A DNA stretch of 61,255 bases, filler included, from Dugesia japonica (GCA_001938525.1; 5 parts of 5 records of this genome joined end to end with filler, not necessarily neighbours in it), one strand, 5' to 3'. Counted from the first letter of the whole stretch, positions 24,466 through 39,044 are shown. A program made the numbers and translations. Notes: generated from the sequence alone by a model not told the origin.

Positions 24466-27400
24466 TATTTTTTGTGAATATTATATTTCGGTTGTTTATC
24501 AATTATTGAAGGGGCAAATATAATGTACGAGATTATGATGTATCTCGTTAAAATGCGATCTGAAAATTAATTGAAATTAGAAATATTCCTGGTTATATAG
24601 TATCTAACAGAACAAAATTCGTAGTAAATTGATTGAAATGTGCATACTTTTTAATATTTATTTAAATTATATTATAAACAAGCAAAGTCTTGAGATGTAA
24701 ATTGTCTCATTTGCACTAACTATCACTTGCTGTGTGGTCAACACAACAAAACTATCGCAGTACAGCACACGCAACTCTTGTAAACACCCACAGACGACTG
24801 TCTGATGTATCGAGAGTAGCCATCAACAACCATTAGTAATAACTTAATAACCAAATAGATATTTTGAATATCCATTTTTGTGCAAAAGAAAAAATATTAT
24901 TACATATTACAGTTTACGACCACTGCCCAGACGTGTGGGGAGCCGAAGCTCTCGGAAGATGCGGCAAGTGTTTAAATGGCGGACTTAGCGAAAATATATT
25001 GTTTTAATTTTACAGGCAGAAATAGATTTTTATTGATCAAAATATCGTTTCTTTCGCAGTCTTTGGTGACAATGCGCAACAGAGTCAAAATATACATTTA
25101 GTTATTAATTGCGAGAGAGACCTAATGTAGGTGAAAAGAAAAATAGACTTGGTGTTTTTTTTTATATAATTATCTGATTTAAAAATTTTAAATTCTTCTG
25201 TTAATAATTTATTTAATATTTTTTTATTTTATTATTTTACTAAAAATATTTTCTTAACACAATATTTGATCAAATATTTTTGTGTAATTACATTGAAGTT
25301 GCTTTTAATTGAGAAAGATAATTAAATAGTGTCTTGGTGATCAAATTGATTAATGAAGTAAAATTTGCATAATTTGATTCATGATAAAATTCATAAAGAA
25401 TTATATAATATAAGATTAAAATGAGAAATTAAAATATATAATTAAATGAATCGAACTTCATCAATAGTGAAATAGGCATACTCTGGATTAGGAAGTGGTC
25501 AAAGAACATTTACATTAGTTCACACACTCTTATAGAGAACACGGCGCTAAGACTAGCAATCCAGCGCCATGAAATAAGCCACAATTTTAATTTTTCGATT
25601 AAAACCTCAAGAACAGAACCAAACTGATGTTTATATCTCAATTTCTATTGGGTGAGATTATTAATTATTAATTATTTCCTCATAATAAATTTTTACAAAT
25701 TTGATTTACAAAATACAAAAATAAAAAAAGTAAATTAAAAAATGTAAATAAATAAATAAAAGAAAATAAATGTTTAAATAAATTAATAAAAATACCACAA
25801 TAATCTGATAAAAACAAAAAAAAGGAAATAAAAAATAAACAGAGTAAAAAAATTATACAAATAATAATGAATAGGTAATAATAAAAATAACAAAATAATA
25901 TGCTAAATAAATAAACTTATTGTTTGCAAAAATTTTAGTCTAAAATAGTCTGGAATAAGATAAAATTTTGAAAGTTAAAAATTTGAAAGAAACTAAAATA
26001 TTCAATGAAAATTATTTAATTTAATAATTAATTTGAAATCCTTTTAAACAAAACGATAGTAATTTAATATTCATAATAAATTTGGTGATGTTTGCTTTTG
26101 AATTGCGACGTATTGGATTGGATAGAATATCTGTTTTTCGATCCCAATCGGTTTGATGTGAAATTCGAAATTTCAAATTCAACTAAGAAAGGAAACGTTT
26201 TATTTACGGAACTAGTATTTTTGTGGAAATAATTGTTTTAGTTGAAAATTTATATTTAGTTGATTATGATTCTAATAAAAAAAACTTCAAAAGCTTACAA
26301 GGTTTAAAAGTTAATTTAAATATTTCCAAACTTATCTTAAATACCTACAAACTTAATTTAAATATATTTATTAAAATTTTTTATTTTATGTAATTTTATT
26401 TAATACATGCAGTTTCTAATTCTGAGTCGAATGGTATCAAAATAATTATGAAATATTATCATTATATATTATCTTGAAAATAAAAAGTTAAAATAGTTAA
26501 AGTCGAAGCTCACTATGAAAACGTCAAAAGTTGAAGATATAGCTTATTACAAGAATTAATCAAAAAATCAGAAAAATAATCTTAAATGTTTAAAAGGTTG
26601 AGCTCGTAATAGTTTGATTATAAAAAACTGTTGATTAGCATTTTTGTTAACCTAATCAATTTTGGAAGCTTAAGTAATTATATTGATTTTATTTCAAATG
26701 GTTAATATGCAAGTTTTATCCATCAGATCACTCACTGGTGTTAAACGTTTTAATTTAGTTGAGATGAAGTATTAGCACAAATGAATTGAGTCGAGATGAA
26801 ATAATGTTGTCATGGATTACTTGAGTTGAAAGAGTATTTATTTTTACGAAAGAAGTCGCTGTGAAAGAATATCGTGTTTAATCAACTAGGTATACGAGAA
26901 TGATGGCAAAATACTCAATATAAAAAGAGTAGTCGTGTACGGAATCCTTACTACGGATATAGTTAAAGGTTAAATAATTTAATGTAAACTGTCTTTCGAA
27001 AGAGTATCATCGTAAACTAGAGTGACAATGAAAGATGATTTATCTCGCAAGATGAAAGTGATTGAATAACAGAAGATATTATTAAGGAATTGTGGTAGTT
27101 GACATCGGAATGAATTATCCTTGACTGTTAATATGTATTTTACATTATTCACTGATTGTATATTTAATTGAAAACAACATTTTTACGAGCAATATATCAG
27201 TTTAATTTTATTTTTTAAATAAAATTCGTGATTTCAAATTATTAATAAAGTTGATTTTGATCTTTGATTTTTTTTAATATTATGTTTCATTCGATCATTA
27301 TATTGTTAATATCATTAATGCTTTATCCATTTCGTTTATTCATATTTTATTGCTTATTGAATGCATAACTTATTGATTATTGATTTCATAATTCTAGTTG

Positions 27401-28019
27401 ATTATTATTGGTTATTCCATGATTTAGTTTAACGTTATATCTTAAAATACCAGAATTAATTATGCTAGAAGTCTCTCCGTTTCTGATAAAGGTCACGAGT
27501 TCAGCGCAAGGAAATCCTTCTACAGGAGCCTAATTGCAAACTAAAATTACTGGATTTAGCACTCTCGCAGATGAGCAGTATGATGGCGAACATTATTAAG
27601 TCCTATGTCGACAGAGAGAGTGTGTTAATAACAGCAATTAGAACATTAAACCAAACATCTAATTACAGGAAGTATTCATAATCAAAATAGAAAGAGAAAA
27701 AATGTTGCCAAAAAGAAATTGAGACCTCAAGACGGAATACCGCATAGACCCGCATAAACTCGGAGTAGATGGACCAATGTACATGACATTTTCGAATTTC
27801 TGCCAGCTTCAGGGTATCTACCCCTAGAAAATATAAAGTTGGTAGCATCTTAAACGAAGAACAGAAGAATCAAAAGATAGATAGTGTCCACAAGAAGATG
27901 ACATCACATAAAAAACCTCAAAGCCTAACAAATATAAATTAGTACTATAATTTGTTTTCTCTTTCAAATTAACTTAATTACGGTTAACTTTTAATCAACC
28001 TCCTATTATTCTTTTATAG

Positions 28020-28569
28020 TGTTAGGTTTAGAATAATAAATGTTTAAGTATTAAAACGTAGTTGTTACTCTTAAATAAGGAACTAAACCAATAATCAATT
28101 AAATAATAGCTTAGTAGACTGTGACTATATTAATTAAGCAAGAATATGTATTAACCGTAGATTATTCAATAATCACTTTGACTATGAACATTAAGACATA
28201 ACTTGGAAAGTAAAGTAATACCGTTAGATTATAATTAATAATAACTGAAGCATATAAATAAGGTAACTCACTAATAACAATAATACGTAATAAAAACTAA
28301 ACCGTCATTCATCGCGTTATACGTACGTCACTTTTATAGTAACAAGAGTCTCTCGCCACATATTAGCGTTTAGTATATATCTTCATTACTCAATAGATAT
28401 CACTATACCCAATAAGAACCCAAACGAAAGTCATTGTAATTGCACCCTCGTACGGATGAAGTTCCATTTATCTCTTTACGAAGAGTAGCCTAGGAAACTA
28501 CTACAAAATTATTTGTTAGGGTCCCATAAACACAATTGAGCCTGACCATCTGTTTTTGAGATCCCAACA
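28020..28569 (+). mobile_element. Putative solo LTR
   Basis: TGTTAGG...CCCAACA ends; internal CATATAAATA (~28251) then AATAAA (~28289); flanks ATAG/ATAA. Confidence 0.4.
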
Positions 28570-29397
28570 ATAATAAAAATGACAATATTAATATTTATAA
28601 TATTAAAATTTATTTTCCCATTTAATTAGTCTTATTCATTTAATATTTTCAGCGACAAAATTTTATAAATTAAATCAAAGTTCAATTTTTTCCCTTGAAA
28701 CAAATTAATTAAAAAGTAAGAATTATTTTCTAATATTTTAAAAATATTTCTTAACAGAATTTTCATTAAATTATAGTAAAAAAAATTACTAATTAATTGA
28801 AATTATTTATGACAAAAAAAATTGATGACATAAATGAGACACAATGCACTGTAGTGTGACACGCAAAAAATTATTTCAATCATTCGTAACGTAATGAATT
28901 AGAATATAATAAATATTTTATTTATGTTTATACTTGCGAATTAAAAGAAATTTNNNNNNNNNNNNNNNNNNNNNNNNNNNNNNNNNNNNNNNNNNNNNNN
29001 NNNNAATTATCACGTTTTTAAAATAATATTTTTGAATAATTTATGTTGAGAATTTTTATTTTTACTGCAAGAAGATTTAATTAAATTGGTATAAATGTTT
29101 TTTTTTAATTTTGTTTAATTTACATTACTTTGAAATTTAATATTAAAATTACGGATTAAAATGACGTTACAACCCTATTTGTATTAATTTCTACTACAGT
29201 TTTAAAGTTTAAATATAGACTGTTGAGTTCGTAAAATTTTGAATCCATAAATATAAGATATTTATTAAAATTCAAAATTTCTGCTTTTCTATTAAAATAT
29301 ATTATTTAAACAAAATGAATTTGTTTAAAGTATATTTTTAATTTAGAATGTAATATGATTAAAAGTCATATTACATAGACTATTAAAAATTTTATCT

Positions 29398-29706
29398 TTA
29401 AAATTTTAATTCCTGTTGATTTCCTTTATAAGTAAATTCATTTCTCATTAAATTCATTAATTTATTCTTATTGTCAAATGGAAATGTTGATGATATCCAA
29501 AGTTTAACTTGTTTTTCATAATACATTATTTTTATATAAATAGAATCTTTCAATCGATCAGGATTTATTGTAGAAAATTGTTTTCTAGAAGATTGAACTT
29601 TTATTTCAAAATTAACCTTTCTACTATATAAAAACTGTCTACACCAAAATTTTTTCATTACTGCCATCAAGGTTTTGATACTCAATTCTTTAGATTTTAT
29701 CGACAT
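29398..29706 (-). CDS. Orphan 102-aa ORF
   Basis: ATG-to-TAA open frame in extremely AT-rich DNA with an AAAATGT start context; no recognisable domain. Confidence 0.3.
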   Translation of the reverse strand: MSIKSKELSIKTLMAVMKKFWCRQFLYSRKVNFEIKVQSSRKQFSTINPDRLKDSIYIKIMYYEKQVKLWISSTFPFDNKNKLMNLMRNEFTYKGNQQELKF

Positions 29707-30502
29707 TTTATTGGTTTATTTTAATTATAAATTTTTATTTTTAAAATAACTCAAAAAAGTTTTTAATTAAATAGAAAAGTTTTTTAGATATTTAATTTTA
29801 AGTTGTGGTTTGATATAATTTTCATATATTAGAGATTTTTTTAAAGTTTTTTTTGTTTTCATTAAAAATTTTTATATATCAGTGATTTTTAAAAAATTTT
29901 TCTATTATAATTTTTATATATTAGGAATTTTGAAATTTCTTTTAACTTTTTAAAAATTTTAAATTTTATATTTTCTTGTAAATTTTGAAAATTAATTTTG
30001 TTTTTTTTTGTGTTTTTATTACTTATTAACTATATATATATTGCTTACAGAATTGTTTTCTTAACGATGTTATTGATAAAAAGCCAAACTTTAGTTTTAA
30101 GATGGTCGGTTTCGATTTTTTAACTTGAAACCTTCATCATTGGGAGAAGAATCCAAACATTGCCAAAAAACGCTTCTTTCATGGCGTAAAATGAAGGGCA
30201 AAATAGTAGGTAGATATGTAATTATGTCACTATATAATTATGTCACTTATATGTAATTATGTTGAAATTCATCAATTTTAAATTTACAATTAAAAGGAGT
30301 AGTACATGATATGATGACAAACTTGGTATCTTAAGACTTGTAAAAGCTTGAAGAATATTGCTGTTATGCCAAAATATCAATCTAAAGTATTACTGACGAG
30401 TTAATAAAGATTTAAAAGTTAAATTTACAAAAACCCTATTCTGCCTCCAGTTTTTATTATCTGCACTTAAATTAAAAGATCTAGATAATACATTGTCTAA
30501 AA

Positions 30503-31578
30503 CCGTGGCCTTCAACCTTATTTTGCCAAACGCCACCTTTCGCTATATTTTCATCTATAATAAGTCTACTGTCCACCTAAATTTTAAAAAAATAATAAAA
30601 ACTCAAATACTGTTTACTAACAAGGCATAATGCAATATGACTGATACATTGCTAGAGATTTCAGAGTCAATAAGACCCATATGCTTGGTGTTTGGATGCC
30701 AAAGACTTAATGTGTAGTTTCAGATTAGTGAGAAGCAGTCTCAAATAATCCCTCTTAGCTATATCTAGGTTTTTCCCTGATTGGTGAGTTAGTTACTGCA
30801 CTGAATCCACACTCAACGAGGTAAGAGGTTGGAAATGACAATATGTGAAATTTCATTTTTTGACATATGTTTGGATAGAGAGTTGACTTTTCTTTGCGCT
30901 GCTAAATCTTGGTATATCCACGTTTGCTGTAAAAGGCAAGTGCAATCTCATGATTTTTCAATTCTTGAATCTGAACTTCAAAATCCCGAACAGTTACCTT
31001 TAATAGGTTAACGATTCAAGAAGGTATTTGCAGCTCAATCATATCGCAAAAATGCGCTGACATGTCAGTTTCCAAGGATTTTAGATGTTTGCTGAATTTC
31101 TCCATTTCATTAGTACTGACTTCTTTACTCACTGAGTTTAGTACTGGAAATTGATGAAATTCTCGCCAAGGAATATTCTGTAGGTACAATGTCAACCTCT
31201 GGATGAATGTGACAAAGGCTTTCTTAGAATCGATTAATGTCACAAGTTGTTGTTGATGTTTCAAATTGAAAATTTAGTGGCCCACAAAATTGCAACCAGC
31301 TGCTCTTCTACATCTACTGCAATTTTATCAATATGTCTCTGAATAAATTGGTATTTTAGTGGTAAAACGTTGATCATCTCGGTTGTCTCCTAGTGCATCA
31401 CAGTTTTAATAACTTCTTGAAGTGCTGTTAAGATGAGTGCTTCAGCATTATTATGAGGTTTACCATTATTTAGAGGTTTGTTAAGAGTTGAGCCAAACTG
31501 CCAACTTTCTTTCTAGCGCACACTTAATATTTTCTAACGCCCACTTGTGGGCAGTATCGCCTAGGTTGAAGGTCCCTA
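30503..31578 (-). mobile_element. hAT Buster/Charlie-type (SCAND3/ZBED8-like) element, internally deleted, both TIRs present
   Basis: 16-bp TIRs CCGTGGCCTTCAACCT / AGGTTGAAGGTCCCTA; transposase C-terminus NIPWREFHQFP..HLKSLETDMSAHFCD..IPS*..FPTSYLVECGFSAV..LRLLLTNL. Confidence 0.88.
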
Positions 31579-32399
31579 GTCATTATGATTATGATGTCAT
31601 CTATGTAATTTTGAAAAGGTTTAGTATTTTCTATATAATTTTAACGAATTTTACTGACATTTATGTACTTTTTATTGGCGTTTTGGAATTACAATTTAAA
31701 TTTTTGTGAAAGAGAACACACACATAATTACTCTTGTTATTACACCTAATTGTTTTAATTGACAACTGTGTAAGTTTTGATGAATTTGACTGTATTGGCT
31801 TAATGAGTTCATTGAATACCTGATTGTAATAGGTTTATTGTAGGATTTAAAGTATTGCATTAGTTTTATTCTGTTAAACTCTTTATTTTATTGTATATAT
31901 TGGCTATCAAGACCATGTTGGTTTCATGCTTATAAATCCAAATTGGCTCTTTGTGTATAGGAATATACTTGTAGAACCGGTTCTCATTTGTTCGGCCGGT
32001 TAACCGGTGCACCGCAAACAGCCCTAATAATTATTATTAATATTACAACAGTTATATTATTCTTAGTAGAAAATAAATTTGTTTATGAAAACAAAATTCA
32101 TTAAATTTTCAAAATAAAATTAGATGATAATTTATGTCAGTCTAGATGTTAAAATTAATGAGATAAATTATTTATATTTATGTAGGATTGTCAAAAAATA
32201 TATATTATTGATACATTGACATATAAACTGAATATAATAAACATTTTTTAAAAATAGAAATTGTTTGCAGAAATTTATGCTGAAAATTTTTATATTTTTA
32301 TAATATTCTTATTTTTCAAATAAAGAATTTTGTAAAATGTAACATTTAAAAGACAGGAAATTGGAATAATCAAGGGTGAAAGAATAAGAGCGGAAAGAC

Positions 32400-32939
32400 A
32401 ATCTTCAAATGAGACTGACTTCCCTCAGATTGATAAAAAATAAATTTCTAAATTATGGTTTTTCAAATAGTATTGTATCTAAATATCTATCCTCAAATAC
32501 AAAATTTCATAAAATCAAACAAAAGACAAACACAATAATTAAATTCCGTTTTATTAATGAGAAATGTAGCCAAATCATGCAAAATATAATTAAAAAATCA
32601 AAACTAAAACAATACCACAATTATATTTAAAACGCAAACACCTTTGTGTATCCAATTACAGAAACCAAGACAAAATTTTGTGGTCCCAAATGAATCATTT
32701 GTGATGGTAGAAATATATGCAATAAAAAAATATAACTTACAAAATAAAATGCACCATTTGTCAAGAAACGTATATAGGAGAATCATTCAGAACCATTCGT
32801 ACAAGAATTAACAAACATCTCAAACAGAAAGAAAATGAAGTCTTAAATCACTTTCAACACAAACATAATATTGTACAAGAAAAAACATGATATTACAAGG
32901 AAAACATTAGGAACAGGCTACATTTCTACACTCCACTGA
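32400..32939 (+). mobile_element. Penelope-like element, RT-thumb/GIY-YIG endonuclease remnant
   Basis: IKNKFLNYGFS..; YKIKCTICQETYIGESFRTIRTRINKHL...VLNHF..KH. Confidence 0.8.
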
Positions 32940-33039
32940 NNNNNNNNNNNNNNNNNNNNNNNNNNNNNNNNNNNNNNNNNNNNTTAATTAATTAANNNNN
33001 NNNNNNNNNNNNNNNNNNNNNNNNNNNNNNNNNNNNNNN
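32940..33039. other. Artificial contig spacer
   Basis: 44N-TTAATTAATTAA-44N. Confidence 0.97.
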
Positions 33040-33949
33040 TTTTTTTTAGAAATTAAGAAACCGTGTCTAATACTGAATGGCGAGCCAAATGAAAAAATCA
33101 TTTAAATAAATGAATTGTTAAAGTTCAAACTCTATAATATCGTTGTCATGGAAACTTCATTAAAAAGTCTATGTCTAGACCAAATAAAGAGCAAAAAGAA
33201 GATGAAATACATTTTATAAAGAAAAAAAGTAAATTTAAATTTATATATCTATTAATAAATAGACTTTTAAAAGACCAGTTATCAGGGTGGGGGGTCAGTA
33301 AAATTGATTATTAAATAAATATTTAAAATATATTTTTTCTATTAAAAAAAATTATTTAATTAAAGATAGAAATATTTGATTATTGATATGCAACAATGAA
33401 CCCGATCTCACATTTGGCTGAGTCCGTTTGCATTACAAATATTAAATTACCCATACTCACAAGTATAAATTTAGAAAATCTAATTAAATTCTAGTTAAGA
33501 TTTCAACAGATTTCATCACTTCCTGAAATCTGAATTAAACAAATTTCATTTGTTATTTAATAACAAATAGAAATAAAAAAGATTGTTTTTTTGTGGTAAA
33601 CATATATTATATAAATAGATGTTATTGATTACATTGGGGCATCTTTTATTTTAATAATCATCCGTAATCATCAGTACAAATGAGGACAACTATATTTACT
33701 ATAATTATTTTTTTCAATTTTAATTTAGTATGTATATAAATAAATAAATAAACATATATGTATGTATGTTTGGTTAATCTTCAATTGTTAATTAATTTTT
33801 CAAATCACATGTAATATTTTTAGACATAATTTATTTCACTATTAAAACATACGGGCTTAGATAATTATAAGTTATTACAATTAATTAAATATTATTATTC
33901 AATTTAAACGCATTCTATTGGCTAAAATTATTAATTAATAACTATTTCT

Positions 33950-36570
33950 TCATATCTCTCTTCTTAAGAAACTTTCTAAGTTTTACACATTTCTGTCCAA
34001 TCACTGTCTATTTTCTCCTTGTACTGCATACCGTCTTTCGTGAATTTTCTCAATTATTTTATAAGGTCCTTCAAATCTGTCTTGACTTTTATTTCTTGTT
34101 TCTACCTTGATGAATTCAAAAATACTTTGAATACTCTGTTAGTAATCACGTCGGAAGTTTTTACTTTTGTTCTATCTGAAACATCTGACACATACCACTT
34201 TTCTCTGCCAATTTTCATTCCGAATACGATCTCAGTCTGGCACTTTCCAGTCTTCTTCTACTTTTTTGCGTTCATTGTAAATTCTTTTTCTGGTAAAAGA
34301 TCTGCCCAATCGGTTGTCTTTATTTCTTGAAGTGTGGAATTAATTAAATCTTGATTTTCCTGAACTTTAATTCAATTTTTTAGTTTGCATTATGATGATA
34401 GGGACTCGAAAAGCAAAGTTTAATATCTAGCTTCATTGCAAACTCTCTCATAATTCTGGATTCAAAAGATTTTCCACAATCTAGTATCATTTCTCTTGGG
34501 CATCCAAATCTCAATATCCACTTTTCATAAATAGCTTTTCGTATTGTTTCCTCGTCTTGTCTATGCAATGCAATAAGAACCATATATTTACTGTACTAGT
34601 CGATTATTCCAAGAATTTATTTTTTGAGTCCACTTGTTTCCCGCTTTAGCTCACATATATCCTAGTATGTCTTCAAACAAATCGGTAGTTTCTAATCTCT
34701 TTGTCTTCTCTTTTGTTGCTGAATTTTTAATTTCTTAATTAAATCTGTTTCATCAGAAATGTTTAATTGGTTCTCTTCTTTCTCCTTGTTTATGTTCAGC
34801 ATTCTCATTTTAATCTTCCCTTGTTTGACATCTTCATGTGACATTTGACATCGTACACATACTTCACATCTTAGTCTAGATAACATATCTGCATTTCCAT
34901 GTTGGATTCTCTTTCTATTTTCCAAAACTATGACTAGACTACTCAGATAATTAATCTTTGTCTGGAATTGTGCCGTAATTTGTTTCTATGTGTCATCATG
35001 AAATTTAGAGCTTTATGACCTGTTCTAAGAGTAATTCTTCTACCGTATAAGTAATGTTTGAAATCAAAGAAATAATGTACACTTAATAACTCATTTTGTG
35101 TGATGCAGTATACATTTTCATGAATCGTAATTGAGTGTGACATTACTGCTCCAATTTTATCGGAACTGACATCTGTATCCAATATAAATTCTGTTTATGT
35201 ATCGAAAACATAATATTGGCGCAGTCATTAGATTATTCTTCAGACCCTCAATAGTGTCGCTTATTTCATCTGTTCATTCTAATTTTTTGTTGCTTGGTAC
35301 ACTACACAACTACTCTACGATCCTTGATTTTCTTGCATAGTTTTCTATAAACTTCCTGTAATAAGGACAAAATCTAAAAGTTCTTTGCAGCTTTTTAACA
35401 CATTTAGGTTAACCACATGTTCTTATTGCTTCTATTTTAGAAGAATCAGTTCTAACACCATCATTGCTAATTATGTGTCCAAGAAATTTGATTTCGCCTT
35501 GAAAAACTGAAACTTTTTTGGATCAATACTTAAACCAGCTTTCATTATTTCCATCAACACTATTTCAATTATTTCATAGTGTTGATATTTAATGTTCGTA
35601 AATATCAGAATGTCATCAAGATAAGCCATGGTTCCATTGATTCCGCCAACCACTTTTGTCATCATCTCCTGAAATGTCCCTGGTGCCGCTGCGATGCCAA
35701 ATAACATTATATTAAAACAGCATTGCCCCTGCTTCGTTGAAAACGCCGTTTTTTCCTAAGATTCTTCTTCGAGCTCTACCTGATAGTACGCATTTTCCAA
35801 ATCTATTGAACTGAAATATTTGGCTTCATTTAATTTGTCCAGTACTTCATCGACATAATGCATAGAAAAGGCTAACTTCATCAATTATCACTCCAGAACT
35901 AACTTTCCCAAGACTTTTAAGTAGACTATCGTTTGCACACTTATTTATAAATGTAGTACTCTTAATTTATTAAAACAACTCAAACTCATAACCTTAATTC
36001 GATACCATGTATCTAATAGATATTCCACTTTATTTCCCTGAAATGACACCGTAACCCTTTGTCTATCTTGCAATTTTCGGTACAAATATTTGTTTTCCAT
36101 TCTGCTTCAATTGTTCTAACCCATTCTACTTTTCCATCATCTTAAAAAGTTTTCCTCTTTAGGAACCTGTATACTTTTTTATGTAACTTTTCCAATATCA
36201 TTCCACTTTTTGACCCTATGAGAATAATCACTAACATTGGATAGTTGGTTTTTCGTTTATTTGATCCACATTTCTACTCACTTTATGATTTACAGGTTTT
36301 TGAAAATTTCAACTTATAACTCTCCCATAATTTTGAACTGCATAAACTTTATCTCTGTTTTTCTCTACTCATTCTACTAGCGTCATTGTTTCTTCAATGT
36401 TTTTATATTCGATCGTTTCCGCAAAGTCATTTCATCTTCAACTGTTTTGTTATCTGAATTAGTATCTTTGCTACCATTGTTTCTTCAGAAAAATGTTTAT
36501 TTGTAAATACTCATTTTACTAAATCTTTTACATTTTAAAAATAAACTTGAATCTCTTCATTTTCATGCTT
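33950..36570 (-). mobile_element. Gypsy/Ty3 gag-pol remnant (PR-RT-RNaseH-IN order)
   Basis: YFSSIDLENAYYQ, KTAFST, FGIAAAPGTFQ, AYLDDILIF; ILDTDVS, ELLSV, LRTGHKAL, HGNADMLSR; WILRFGCPREMILDCGKSFES, FSSPYHHNAN. Confidence 0.93.
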
Positions 36571-37368
36571 CTAGCCAGGGCTTAACTTCGCCCAGAACAG
36601 CGTTCCGGTTCTTTTTGAAAAAAATATTACGTGATAACGTTTCTTATTAGTTTTTGTTTTTCAATTTCTATACCTATTCGTTGCCTATCAACGAAAAATA
36701 TAAAATTTATTTTCTTTGGTTATTAAAAAAATTATATTTTGCACATAATAATTTTCAATTTGAATATTTTACAAAAGGAGTTCAAATTTATTAACATAAT
36801 AGGCTATATGTTTCCAATTTAATTCAGAATTTTCGATTTTATCGATATCAGCTTGCGTTTAGTGTTTGATTTCGATATTTTTAATGGAGAGTTATTGTTA
36901 TTTTGTTATAATATTTTTTTAGTAATTAGAAATTGTCTTCTTTTATCTTGATTATTTAATAGTGTTTATCATATCAATATTTTATATTTCTTAATTCATT
37001 TTAGTATTTTAAAATATTTTTTATATTTTTTTATATTTCCTATAAGTTATAAAAAAGACGTTTTAGGGGTCCCACAAAACTCGACTATTCAATCTCGTAA
37101 GTTCGATCTTTAAAATTTGCTAACGAGGCTGAATTTTTGAGTTTTTTGAGACCTCTAATCCCTCCTTTTTATATATACTTAGTGATTTTTAAAGTTGATA
37201 AAAGTTGATAAAAAAAAAGAAAATAAAAATTAAATTAATAAATCAAGATTAGTTAATGGAGCCATGCGAATTGGTAATAATAAAAATTAATGATATAATA
37301 AAGATTAGCCAGAGGTTCGTTGGTCGTTGGTTTATTGGTAATTAGTTGGTAGATATGTCAGCACGGGA

Positions 37369-37661
37369 TCAGTACCCCCCCCCCGCCGCCGATTGTTTTT
37401 GATAATTTGACTGTTTCGGTGATTTAGACATGTAGGAATTTGATTGGATGTTACGAATACATAAAAAATATTTTCGAATTCGGGTTGAAACAGTCGAATT
37501 TTAGCTCGAGAAGGTCGAATTTCGAAAATTTGTTTTTTAAATTTTTCGGTCAGATTTTATTGTATGGTTTCAAATTTGGTGTCGATCGTCGTAGAATTGA
37601 AAGGCAAACATGTTTTGTATAGGGTGTTCTATATGAATATGCTTAGTTCTCTTAGGAAAGG
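37369..37661 (-). repeat. Terminal-motif repeat, copy 2, bracketed by a 15-bp direct repeat
   Basis: Shares sequence with 4484-4610 and 58380-58640 (TTTGATTGG; AAATTTGGTGTCGATCGTC); TATGTCAGCACGGGA occurs at ~37354 and ~37662. Confidence 0.6.
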
Positions 37662-38168
37662 TATGTCAGCACGGGAACACTTTGACTTTTTTTTTAAATT
37701 TCTCAACCAATACTTGTCGCATGGTCATGAAAATAACATTCGATTTAGAATGAAATGTTAAACATATTTTTTATAAAATTTGCTCTAAAGATATGCTTGC
37801 TTCAAAGATAATTTTATAGGGTTTGCTGTATGAAGGACTTTCGTTCAAGAAATAATATATTATTAATTATAAATTATAAATACAATTAAATTAATAATAT
37901 TTTTTAAAATATTTTCATACTATTCAACTCAGAATTAAAATCTAAAGATAGTTTAGATATGGTTTACTATAGAAAAATGCGTGGTTCTAGAAATAATATA
38001 CAATTATAAAATTAATTATATTTTTTAAATGTAATTGAAGTAATAATTTTCAAAATATTTTTAGACCAATAAATTCAGAATTAAAAATTCTATAGGAATA
38101 TAATTTTATTTTTCTCAAAACATTTGCTTCTCTCAGAAAGATCTGTGGTTTGATATTTCTATATACTA

Positions 38169-38580
38169 TGTGTGTTGAGATGAAATAACTGTGTTGTGTT
38201 GAGTTGATTTAAAACTATTTATCTGTGTTGAATTGATTTAAAACTATTTATCTGTGTTGAGTTGAAATATTCGTGTTGTGTTGAGTTGATAGTAGTAATA
38301 ATAATATTAAATAATAATTATAATAACAGTAACTTTAATAATAATAATAAATATATGATTAGATCAATTACACATCACAACACAGATAAATATAATGAAG
38401 ACAGCACAACAGAGATAAATACTTTTAAGTCAACACAGCACGCTTATTTAACTCAACACAGATAAATAGTTTTAACTCAACATAGCACGCTTATTTAACT
38501 CAACACGGATAAATAATTTGATTAAAACACAATACAGATAAATTAATTTATGTTGTTTAGAATATACATGTGTTGAGTAA
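38169..38580. repeat. Inverted minisatellite arrays around an (AAT)n tract
   Basis: TGTGTTGAGTTGATTTAAAACTATTTATC units at 38169-38290 are mirrored by AACTCAACACAGATAAATAGTTTT units at 38370-38545; a partial second copy lies at 45505-45620. Confidence 0.8.
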
Positions 38581-39044
38581 TAATTAATAATAATAGTTAT
38601 AATAAATATTAATTAATTAATTAAAATTTAAAATTTGAAATTAATTTAAACCTATTTACACTGATAAATAAATAGTAAATCTTTTAACAATAATGAACAG
38701 AAAAAAAGGATATAAAGTAAAAATTTAAACTCAAGTCAAATTTGAACACTTAAATACTGTTTATCCTATAAAATAATAAACCTTACACTTATAAAATAAA
38801 ATCTTACTGATAAAATAACAAAACTTTACATTAAAAAAATAACAAAATAAACACGTAATTAAAATAACAATAATTTATTTAACACATAAATATCTGCTGA
38901 TTGTATTCTATGGCTTGTATTTCGGTTGGATGATATTGGTTCTATAAAATAAAGACAATAAATCACTAGAATAATAATAAATAAATAATTTACTTTAATT
39001 GGCTGATTCAATCGGAAACACTGAGACAAAGTACTATGTTGCAT

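Noticed and set aside
38169-38545. CRISPR-like repeat appearance
   Set aside because: No unique spacers, eukaryotic context, and the arrays are inverted minisatellites.
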